Shown: positions 55,834 through 64,000 of the stretch, one piece after another | Layout: every line of letters starts with the position of its first letter | Position numbering within the stretch: the first letter of the stretch is position 1 | NCBI GenBank assembly: GCA_964412555.1 | Contig: CAYPPG010000005.1 | Span: forward strand, 129,819-193,818 | Direction of reading: 5' to 3' | DNA length: 64,000 nucleotides | Origin: an uncultured bacterium | GTDB lineage: Bacteria > Hinthialibacterota > Hinthialibacteria > Hinthialibacterales > Hinthialibacteraceae | Made by a program: the position numbers and the translations under genes | The notes under the pieces: model-generated | Database searches by the model: none | Told to the model about the DNA's origin: nothing | The model's input: the letters and a program-made list of their open reading frames with translations, nothing else

Positions 55834-55869
55834 TGCATGAATTCATTCTCGTTCTCAATGGTTACCAAA

Positions 55870-55905
55870 GAGGAGTGGCTGAAACAGCCACTCCTCAATT
55901 GTTTT
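55870..55905 (+). terminator. Intrinsic terminator
   Basis: GAGGAGTGGCTG-aaa-CAGCCACTCCTC (12-bp perfect stem) followed by AATTGTTTT. It lies 37 nt after the stop at 55833. Confidence 0.75.
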
Positions 55906-55961
55906 ATTGCACTCTATAATAGTGTGTCTTTTTTATTGCTTGAATCCAAAATAGGTGAAAT

Positions 55962-57302
55962 ATGAAAATCAAACGTAGACAATTCATTCAAACGCTCGGG
56001 GTTGGTAGCGTAGGAGGATTCTGTGCGAAAAAAGTGCAGGGAATGATCCATGAGAATTCGAGAAGGCCGCCCAATATCATCATCATCCTCGCCGATGATT
56101 TAGGCTACGGTGACCTTTCCTGTTACGGCAATACAAAAATCCATACTCCTCATTTGGATGCGCTAGCCGCCGGGGGAGTGCGTTTCACCGATTTTCATTC
56201 CAGCTGCTCAGTCTGCAGCCCGACTCGCGCCGGCTTGATGACGGGGAAATACCAACAGCGGGTAGGGATTCCGGGTGTGTTGACGGTTGCGAGACATCGC
56301 AAGGAAGGATTGTCTCCGGATGAAATCACGATCCCGCGAGTGTTTCATGAGGCCGGTTACAAAACGGCAATGTACGGGAAATGGCATCTCGGATATTTGC
56401 CAAAATTCAACCCGGTTCAACACGGATTCGATGATTTTCGCGGGTATCTGAGCGGGAATGTCGATTACATTTCGCATATTGATCAGGCCGGTGTGTATGA
56501 CTGGTGGCATAACCTGGAATCCGTGAAAGAGGAAGGGTATACCACTCATTTAATCACGAAACACGCGGTCCAATTTATTGAGGAGAATCATGATCAACCA
56601 TTTTGCCTGTATGTCGCTCATGAAGCCCCCCATTATCCGTACCAAGGGCCGGAAGATCCGGCGGACCGGACTGTCGGCGGAGACTTTCCTAACCATGGCA
56701 GCCGCAAGGATGTCGAAAATGCCTATAAAACTATGGTGGAGGAAATGGATAAAGGTGTCGGCGAAATTCTGCAAAAAATCAGAGAATTGGATCTTGAAGA
56801 AGATACCTTTATCTTCTTCTTTTCCGACAATGGGGCAACCAAAGCGGGATCGAACGGAAAATTGAGAGGATACAAAGGGAGTTTGTGGGAAGGCGGACAT
56901 CGGGTTCCTGCTATCGCTTATTGGCCTGGTGTCATCCCGCCCGGCCAGATTTGCGGCGAACCGGCAATTAGCCTCGATATTTTCCCAACAATTCTTTCCG
57001 CTGCAAAGGTGCAATCCCCACCGAATCTGAAACTCGACGGAGTGGATCTCTTTCCTCATTTGCAAAAGGAGAAACCAATTCCTGAGCGGACGTTATTTTG
57101 GGCATTTCGAAATCAAAAAGCGGTACGCAAGGGAGATTGGAAACTTGTTGTTACACAGACCCAAAAAGAAGAACAAATAGAGTTGTTTCATTTGGATCAA
57201 GATATTTCGGAAAAAAACAATCTAGTGAACGAAGAAAGAGAATTGACGGATTCTTTGCTGAAATTACTTAGAAGTTATTCCTACGAATTGCAGTGTAAAT
57301 AA
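55962..57302 (+). CDS. Tat-signal Cys-type sulfatase (arylsulfatase A / GalNAc-6-sulfatase-like)
   Basis: KRRQFIQTLGVGSVGG leader. NIIIILADDLGYGD. Formylglycine motif CSPTRAGLMTGK. Confidence 0.9.
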   Translation: MKIKRRQFIQTLGVGSVGGFCAKKVQGMIHENSRRPPNIIIILADDLGYGDLSCYGNTKIHTPHLDALAAGGVRFTDFHSSCSVCSPTRAGLMTGKYQQRVGIPGVLTVARHRKEGLSPDEITIPRVFHEAGYKTAMYGKWHLGYLPKFNPVQHGFDDFRGYLSGNVDYISHIDQAGVYDWWHNLESVKEEGYTTHLITKHAVQFIEENHDQPFCLYVAHEAPHYPYQGPEDPADRTVGGDFPNHGSRKDVENAYKTMVEEMDKGVGEILQKIRELDLEEDTFIFFFSDNGATKAGSNGKLRGYKGSLWEGGHRVPAIAYWPGVIPPGQICGEPAISLDIFPTILSAAKVQSPPNLKLDGVDLFPHLQKEKPIPERTLFWAFRNQKAVRKGDWKLVVTQTQKEEQIELFHLDQDISEKNNLVNEERELTDSLLKLLRSYSYELQCK

Positions 57303-57484
57303 ATTTTACTACCCTCTTTATACCGCTTTTCCTATACAAAAATTTTGATGTCATTGGAATGGGAGTTACCATGACTTTCGCATAAAATTAGGTTAATGTA
57401 ATCGAATAATCAATATTGTTTGATGCATAGATTTCCTTATTGCAAGCATCACAAGAATCATATTAAAAGACAAGGGGACAGAAA

Positions 57485-60400
57485 ATGAACAAAAGTATAG
57501 TTGTAAAATACTTTACCATTTGCGTATGTGCACTCATGTTAATACCCTGCCAAAATGCCGTGTTTGCTGACACAAATCCTTCTGCTGTCTATTCGATCAC
57601 GGTCATTATCAACAATCCACTTGCCGTTCAAGATGGTGCGATGTGGCAATTGTATGTTGGGGATGAATTATATTTAAATCAGGATGTTTGGTATCCAAGC
57701 GGTTATACCTTAACCACTCAGTTTGCTGCGGAGTACGAGATCAAATTGAAAGAAATACCGGGCTGGATAGCGCCCGATCCAATAAGAATACTTGTGCATG
57801 ATGGATTCCCACAAGTAATAGAAACTGTCAACTATGAACCAATGGTTGGTGCGGGTACTCAAGACAATCCATTTCTTATCTCAACTTTTTCCGAACTCAA
57901 TCAAATCCGCAGTGGCCTGGATAAGCATTACAAGTTGATGTCGGATATCCACGTTTCCGAAGCCGAACAGGCGAAAGGTTGGAAACCGATTGGCGCTCCA
58001 TATGAGGGATTCCCACAAGGAGACTTTACCGGCGTATTGGATGGCAATGGCCATTCAATCATTGGATTAACCTGTAAAAATAAATCCGAATTTATAGAAA
58101 ATGATTATCTATCAGGCCTTTTTTATCGAATTGGGGAAAATGGACGTGTTCACGATTTGAATTTGGATCACTTTCTTTGCACGATCAACGGTAGAATTCG
58201 TTTTCGGCCATTGGAGGATATTCCGGACACTTTACATTATGGAGGTATTGCGCAGATTAATCAAGGCGTGATCTCAAATTGCCAAGTGAACGGTTTATTT
58301 GTAACCATGTTGCAAGCCTATACAATGAAGATGTGCATTGGGGGAATCGCCGCTGAATCCTCAGGATTGATCAATCGGTGTTCATCACTATCCGTTATTT
58401 GTGATAATAATAAACCCTATGCTTGCACAATTGGCGGGATTGTCGGTCATTTGTCTAAAGAGGGAAGAATTACGGAATGTTACTCGAAAACTGAAATAGC
58501 CAGCATTTACAATTGGGAACTTGATTTTGATGCTATGCTAGCCCGTTTTATCGGTTTGTATTCCACTTTCGATGAAGGTGGTGAATTTTTCGCAAAAATT
58601 TTTTTAAATACTTTATTCGATATAGGATTACAATATTTTAAACGGTTTGATACGAATATAGGCGGTGTCGCAGGATATTCGAAAGGCAATATTCAATACT
58701 GTAACTCTATTGTAAATACCAAGGCTTTCATCTTGACTTCAGTCAATGCGGGAGGGATTTGCGGAGTACAAGACGAAGGTGCTTCCACTGAATTTTGCGG
58801 CAGCTGCGGAACGATATCCCTCAATTCATATTGGGGGATTGCCGCAGGCATTACCGGTTTGCTAAAAGCGAACACATCCATTCGGAATTCGTACTCTTTC
58901 TGTCAATTGCGTTCTGAATCAAATAATCCACACATGTTTGAAGCGTTTGCAACCAGCGGCGGAATTGCGGGGATCTCGGACGGAGACATTATAAACTGCT
59001 ATTTCGCAGGAGACGCCTATGCCGAAAGCCTCGTTCAACTAAGGCCGGCAGCAGCTGGAGGGATTGCCGGTTCGCCATCCAGCCGAAGAAGAATTTCTGG
59101 AGAAACATGTACGTTTGAATCGTCCTATTGGAATCAATCTTCCCAGAGAATTCAGGCGGATACCGGAAATACGCGGGAGAACAATTATGGACTGACCACG
59201 CAGGATATGATGCAGAAAACATCCTACAAAAATTGGGATTTCGAATACTATTGGGATATTGTTGAAGGGGAAACATTTCCTTACATCAAGCAGGAGCAAT
59301 CACAATCCATATTCCCTGATTTTCGGGCAGACATTCAAAATGTCCAAAATCAAACATCATCGATACAATCTCTACCCATTGAATTTAAAATTACTTTTTC
59401 TCTTCCCGTCTTTCGACCTAGCTTTACGCCGGACGATATTGAATTTGATGGATCTTTTCATCCTTCATACAGTGAAATTATCTGGGATGCCACGGGATCT
59501 GCCATTTTACGTATTTACGATATTAAAAATATGGAATCATTTGATTCTGTAAATATAACGCCGGCATTAAGGGCGAATTCCGTGATCAGTCTGATAGGTA
59601 CGTTCAACCTGGAATCTACAGGTTCTACGGTGAAAATCGGTCCTTTCCAAACCGTTGCAATGGATGCAATTGCCAATGAGTATGGTTCTATTCAACCTGG
59701 AGGCCGAATTACAAAAAATGTGGGAGACAATTTAACGTTAGCGGTTATCCCCAATGAAAACTGTTTCATCCGGGATATCGTGATCGACGGTGTATCGCGT
59801 GGAGTGGATGAGCAGATCGTATTTGAAAATTTGCAAAGCGGTCATTCAATCCAAGTATTCTTTTCTCCATTTCCTGCTGGGAATGGTACAAAAGAATCGC
59901 CTTTTGAAATCTCAAATTTCTTTCAATTGAACCGGATTCGTGATAATCTTCATGCTCATTATGCTCTTGTTTCTGATATCGATGCATCATCAACGAAAAG
60001 CCCTTATAACTTTAAATTTATGAATAAGAGATGGGAATGGATTCCAATTGGAGATCATTTTCATCCCTTTACGGGTGTGTTGGATGGCAGGAATCACAGG
60101 ATTTCGGATTTAAAGACTTCAGTGAATAGAAGCGGATTTGTTGTGGCTGGCTTGTTCGGTTCTCTTTCTCAGGCAACAGTAAAAGATCTTATCATGGATA
60201 GGGTAGAGTTTTCAATGGAATCTACAGGGAGTACAATAGAAGAATTAGAGATAGAAGAATTAGAGGGGGAATATTTCGAATCCGATTCAATAGTTTGTGC
60301 AGGCGGGATAGCGGGAAGCGTCAATTGCTCTGAAATCTCAAATTGCAAAGTAACGGGAAAAATTGATGCGAAGAGCACCTATTTCATCAATTCCGGCGGT

Positions 60401-62119
60401 ATCGTAGGAGTGGAAGAAAATAGTGAAATCGAGGAATGTTGCAATGGTGCGGATATATTTTCTGATGGCGGTGAAATAATATTTAACGGAGGGATTGCCG
60501 GGAAAAGTGTAAGGGGTATTATTCAACGCTGCAAGTCTACAAGTGATATTTCCAGCCGGGTAAATCCTGTTTTAGAATCGTCTTCCTTTTCGAGCGGAAT
60601 CAGTGGATGGGGACAGGGAGCGGCCATCACAGATTGTTATACAAGCGGACAAATATCAGTAGAAGCGTTAGGATATGAATCTTCTGCAAATGTTGCAGGT
60701 ATTGTTGCGTGGATACAAGATGGAACCATCCATAACTGCTATTCCGTTGCCGATCTTCAAAGTGAGAGCGGCAACAACCGTACGGCGTTCATTTCCTCAT
60801 TTGTGGAGTCTAGCGAAATCAAAAATTGCTACTATCCCGATCGACCGGGAACGGTCAATCCCCCGCCTGGATTTTTCTATTATGATGCAGATAGCACCAC
60901 AATTGAAAGTGTTTTACCAAAAACTGAAAGTAAATTAAAAAGCCAAAGTACGTTTTCAGTGTGGGATTTTACAACTATTTGGGAGATTGTAGAAAACAAT
61001 TCGTATCCTTTTTTTCAATATGAACCGGCGTCTGTAGAAGTGCAACGTTCCATCCCCTCCAAAATCGTAACACAAAATCAAAACATCCAAGGCGTCCAGT
61101 TATCGTTCACAATCAAAGATGGGAGAAAAATTACCACTGTCCAGATAAAGGAACAACTTCCTGATGGACTTTCTTTCAATAATAGTGGTGCAACGAAAGG
61201 TGAAACGAGTGTTTTGGCGAATGAACTAACATGGACGATTACCGAGGAATTTTCTGGAACGGCAATGTTAACCTACGATATAGACATTGACGCCAATCTG
61301 ACTCATGGAGTGAAAAAGATCAAAGGCGAATACGAGCTTGATTCCAGTGTGTTTCCAACGGAGGGCGATTCTGCGATTTGTGTTATGAATCCTCCGGATG
61401 ATTTAGGTATATTTGATGGACATAATGATATCGATAGTGATTCAAATCCTATTGGTCCTGGATATGAGGGGCGGGTAAGTTACGATCCGGTTTCGGACAC
61501 TTATGTCGTTATCGGCGCAGGAAGCGGTATCCATGGCTCTGCGGACTGTTTTCATTTTTTATGGAAACATACGCCTCTGATAGAACCCGTACTTCTAAAG
61601 GCTAAAGTCAAAACCGAATTCCTTTCGGGGAAGCAAGATGAGTGGGCTAACGCAGGCTTGATGATCCGTAATCTTCTCTACCCATCGGATTGTTTTGCTC
61701 TAACTGGATTCCGCTCTGACGGGACGTTTTTTAGTCAATGCCGCCCTATAAGCAATTCAAACACACTACCTGCTGAAATATATTATCCAAATAGTACGCC
61801 TTTTTATAATGATGGTGGGAATACACTTTCAATAGAATTTAGCCTAAATACTTCGGCAGTGTATGCCTATTATTTCTCACATGATTCTAATCCATATAAA
61901 TGGGGGAATCCCCTGACAGTTCCATTTCAATTGCATGGAACATTACCACCGGATATCAATCAATATTATCCGCTGAACTCTGATATATTTATTGGCTTTG
62001 CCGTAACTGCCACTAGCCCGGAAAGTCTTGTTGTTGGAACCTTTTCGGACGTTACGTTTTTGACCGGCGATACAACACTACCGATTCCTGTGCCAGTTTC
62101 ACACTGGAGTTTATATTGA
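57485..62119 (+). CDS. Giant exported GLUG-motif repeat protein (1544 aa)
   Basis: Signal peptide. It has two modules that each open with G.GT(Q/K)(D/E).PF.IS.F..LN.IR..L..HY.L.SDI......W.PIG...F.GVLDG.(G/N)H.I. Each module is followed by many GG(I/V)(A/V/C)G...I..C repeats (the GLUG pattern) and closes with W(D/E)(I/F)...W.I.E....YP(Y/F). A C-terminal ~200 aa looks like a concanavalin-like domain. Confidence 0.75.
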   Translation: MNKSIVVKYFTICVCALMLIPCQNAVFADTNPSAVYSITVIINNPLAVQDGAMWQLYVGDELYLNQDVWYPSGYTLTTQFAAEYEIKLKEIPGWIAPDPIRILVHDGFPQVIETVNYEPMVGAGTQDNPFLISTFSELNQIRSGLDKHYKLMSDIHVSEAEQAKGWKPIGAPYEGFPQGDFTGVLDGNGHSIIGLTCKNKSEFIENDYLSGLFYRIGENGRVHDLNLDHFLCTINGRIRFRPLEDIPDTLHYGGIAQINQGVISNCQVNGLFVTMLQAYTMKMCIGGIAAESSGLINRCSSLSVICDNNKPYACTIGGIVGHLSKEGRITECYSKTEIASIYNWELDFDAMLARFIGLYSTFDEGGEFFAKIFLNTLFDIGLQYFKRFDTNIGGVAGYSKGNIQYCNSIVNTKAFILTSVNAGGICGVQDEGASTEFCGSCGTISLNSYWGIAAGITGLLKANTSIRNSYSFCQLRSESNNPHMFEAFATSGGIAGISDGDIINCYFAGDAYAESLVQLRPAAAGGIAGSPSSRRRISGETCTFESSYWNQSSQRIQADTGNTRENNYGLTTQDMMQKTSYKNWDFEYYWDIVEGETFPYIKQEQSQSIFPDFRADIQNVQNQTSSIQSLPIEFKITFSLPVFRPSFTPDDIEFDGSFHPSYSEIIWDATGSAILRIYDIKNMESFDSVNITPALRANSVISLIGTFNLESTGSTVKIGPFQTVAMDAIANEYGSIQPGGRITKNVGDNLTLAVIPNENCFIRDIVIDGVSRGVDEQIVFENLQSGHSIQVFFSPFPAGNGTKESPFEISNFFQLNRIRDNLHAHYALVSDIDASSTKSPYNFKFMNKRWEWIPIGDHFHPFTGVLDGRNHRISDLKTSVNRSGFVVAGLFGSLSQATVKDLIMDRVEFSMESTGSTIEELEIEELEGEYFESDSIVCAGGIAGSVNCSEISNCKVTGKIDAKSTYFINSGGIVGVEENSEIEECCNGADIFSDGGEIIFNGGIAGKSVRGIIQRCKSTSDISSRVNPVLESSSFSSGISGWGQGAAITDCYTSGQISVEALGYESSANVAGIVAWIQDGTIHNCYSVADLQSESGNNRTAFISSFVESSEIKNCYYPDRPGTVNPPPGFFYYDADSTTIESVLPKTESKLKSQSTFSVWDFTTIWEIVENNSYPFFQYEPASVEVQRSIPSKIVTQNQNIQGVQLSFTIKDGRKITTVQIKEQLPDGLSFNNSGATKGETSVLANELTWTITEEFSGTAMLTYDIDIDANLTHGVKKIKGEYELDSSVFPTEGDSAICVMNPPDDLGIFDGHNDIDSDSNPIGPGYEGRVSYDPVSDTYVVIGAGSGIHGSADCFHFLWKHTPLIEPVLLKAKVKTEFLSGKQDEWANAGLMIRNLLYPSDCFALTGFRSDGTFFSQCRPISNSNTLPAEIYYPNSTPFYNDGGNTLSIEFSLNTSAVYAYYFSHDSNPYKWGNPLTVPFQLHGTLPPDINQYYPLNSDIFIGFAVTATSPESLVVGTFSDVTFLTGDTTLPIPVPVSHWSLY

Positions 62120-62133
62120 TTGAGGGGCAGCTT

Positions 62134-63660
62134 TCAATCCCAATAGAGTTCTCTTCTTTTCATCAGTTCCGGATATTTCTCATCCGTATCCCCCAATTCC
62201 CTTTTCAATCGCAGAAGTTCCTTCTTTAACCGTTGAACAGCATCTGCGTATGCCGGTTCCTCATACACATTCTTCATTTCATAAGGATCGGCTTCGAGAT
62301 CGTATAATTCCCAACCGACTTTCGCCGGTTGCTTGTCCGCACCGGACATCCCGAGTGGAAGCCCATAAAAGAAAATCAATTTATACCGTTTCGTCCGGAT
62401 TCCGTAATGAGCCGGGCGATTGGTATGCATCCAGTAGCGGTAATACATCGATTCCCGCCAATCGGATGGGGTGCTCCCATTCACGATAGACCGGAAACTC
62501 TGTCCCTGCATCTCATCCGGAACGGCACAACCGGCATAATCGAGAAATAGAGGAGCAAAATCCACATTCAGGACAATGTCATTGCTTGTTGATCCCGCCT
62601 GGATCTCGCGGGGATAGCGAATCAAAAACGGCATCTGCAACGATTCTTCGTACATCCAGCGTTTGTCGATATAGTTATGCTCTCCGAGAAAATACCCTTG
62701 GTCCGAGGTATAGATCACCACCGTGTTTTCCGCCAGGCCGTTCTCATCCAAATATCGCAGAATCCGCCCGACATTGTCATCGACACCTTTGATCGTTCTC
62801 AAATAGCGTTTGAGAAAAATCTGATACGCTTTTTCAATTCTTTCCTTTTCGCTCAGATCATCAAACTGCACAGGCCCATCCGCGTGATAATTCTTGCGCG
62901 TTTGCCGTTGCGCCATATCTTCAAGTGTAAATCCGTATTCCCGTGAGCCAGGGGAACGGTAGGACTTGTCGTCCCACAGACTGACCGGTTCGGGGATGAA
63001 TGTCTTTTCCAGATACTCCTCATACCGTCTCGCATAATCCCACGGTTCATGCGGCGCTTTGAAATGGCACATCAGAAAGAACGGTTTATCCTGATTCCGT
63101 CCGTTTAACCAATCGAGAGAAAGATTCGTAACTACATCGGTCGAATGCCCTTCATAGGTTTTTTCGCCGGAATGAATTTCTTTCAACACAGGATTGAAAT
63201 AGCGTCCTTGGCCTGGGAGGATATTCCAATAATCGAACCCGGTTGGCTTAGTTTGGAGATGCCATTTGCCGATCATCGCGGTCTGGTAACCCGTTTGTTG
63301 CAGCAATTTCGCGACAGTTTGACGTTTTGGATCCAACGCATCCCGAAGAGTATAAACACCGTTTTTGTGACTGTATTGCCCCGTCAAGATCGAAGCACGG
63401 CTGGGAACACAAATCGAATTGGTACAAAAACAATTCTCCAACCGCATTCCCTCTTTCGCCAGCCGGTCGATGTTGGGTGTCGGTGCAATATTGGCTAAAC
63501 GCCCGCCATAACAACTGATCGCATTGGCGGCATGGTCGTCTGACATGATGTAGAGAATATTCGGCCGTTTCGGATTGTTTTCCTTTGCGCAGGAATATAT
63601 TGGGAATGCCAAGGAGGCCGTGGCCAGGCTTAGTTGTTTCAGAGCGTCGCGTCGTTTCAT
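62134..63660 (-). CDS. Exported Cys-type sulfatase
   Basis: The start is set at ATG 63658-63660 (MKRRDALKQLSLATASLAF leader). NILYIMSDDH. Formylglycine motif CVPSRASILTGQ. Confidence 0.9.
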   Translation of the reverse strand: MKRRDALKQLSLATASLAFPIYSCAKENNPKRPNILYIMSDDHAANAISCYGGRLANIAPTPNIDRLAKEGMRLENCFCTNSICVPSRASILTGQYSHKNGVYTLRDALDPKRQTVAKLLQQTGYQTAMIGKWHLQTKPTGFDYWNILPGQGRYFNPVLKEIHSGEKTYEGHSTDVVTNLSLDWLNGRNQDKPFFLMCHFKAPHEPWDYARRYEEYLEKTFIPEPVSLWDDKSYRSPGSREYGFTLEDMAQRQTRKNYHADGPVQFDDLSEKERIEKAYQIFLKRYLRTIKGVDDNVGRILRYLDENGLAENTVVIYTSDQGYFLGEHNYIDKRWMYEESLQMPFLIRYPREIQAGSTSNDIVLNVDFAPLFLDYAGCAVPDEMQGQSFRSIVNGSTPSDWRESMYYRYWMHTNRPAHYGIRTKRYKLIFFYGLPLGMSGADKQPAKVGWELYDLEADPYEMKNVYEEPAYADAVQRLKKELLRLKRELGDTDEKYPELMKRRELYWD

Positions 63661-63882
63661 ATGAATTGTACTCCCATGTACTGATGAATGCTGTGTACAC
63701 ATGTTGAATTTTTTCTTTTATTGTGTCATAGAAATGATGTCGAGATAAGGTGGAAAACGGTTGTAGAGTAGCAAGGAATGGACATAAAAAGTGGAAAATC
63801 AGGTATAATTCTCATAGAAAAAAGTCAAAAAAATTGTAAAATAATAAATGTATAGTCATGCGGACATTGGTTGGAGAAGAAA

Positions 63883-64000
63883 ATGACACCATTGGAAATG
63901 GAAAAAGGTTTTCAGGAAATCTGGAAATTATTCGCTGAGACAGACAAAAAATTTAAAGAAACAGCGGAAAATATCGAGAGAACGGATAAAAAACTCGATA
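63883..64000 (+). CDS. Unknown protein, first 39 codons only (runs off the window end)
   Basis: The ATG at 63883 has GGAG 8 nt upstream. MTPLEMEKGFQEIWKLFAETDKKFKETAENIERTDKKLD looks coiled-coil-like. The fragment is too short to assign. Confidence 0.4.
   Translation, partial: MTPLEMEKGFQEIWKLFAETDKKFKETAENIERTDKKLD

Overview
This is a 64-kb, densely coding bacterial chromosomal window with about 56 protein genes. I found no rRNA, tRNA, CRISPR array, transposase or integrase.

- **1-19.9 kb:** a housekeeping backbone, almost all on the minus strand. It holds galK, purQ-purL, a complete elongasome block (rodA-mrdA-mreD-mreC-mreB), smc and a sigma-70-family factor.
- **20-36 kb:** mixed signalling, envelope and glycan genes. 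These are an orphan pseudopilin, a REC-CheC-like + PAS-GGDEF pair, glycosyltransferases, recO, a STAS protein, a secreted M14 peptidase, a HigB/HigA-type toxin-antitoxin pair, and a Tat-exported oxidoreductase/isomerase/glycosidase-like trio.
- **36-48 kb:** the most unusual part. It is a ten-gene T2SS-like operon: gspF-H-I-J-K, GspL-, GspM- and GspC-like genes, a secretin, and a 640-aa unknown. It has no secretion ATPase, major pseudopilin or prepilin peptidase in cis. REP/REPIN-like palindromic repeats punctuate it, and one copy sits in frame inside the terminal gene.
- **48-64 kb:** a ParE-type TA pair, an orphan ECF/CbiO-type ABC ATPase, a parvulin PPIase and several exported proteins of unknown function. 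One of these has three tandem ~110-aa modules plus an emfourin-like C-terminus. The region also holds two Cys-type sulfatases and a 1544-aa GLUG-repeat surface protein.

The gene content (Tat-signal sulfatases and Gfo/Idh/MocA enzymes, many prepilin-type N-termini) suggests a PVC-like glycan degrader, but that is inference only. All family names come from motif recognition by eye, because no database search was possible. Coordinates of non-coding features may be off by 1-2 nt.
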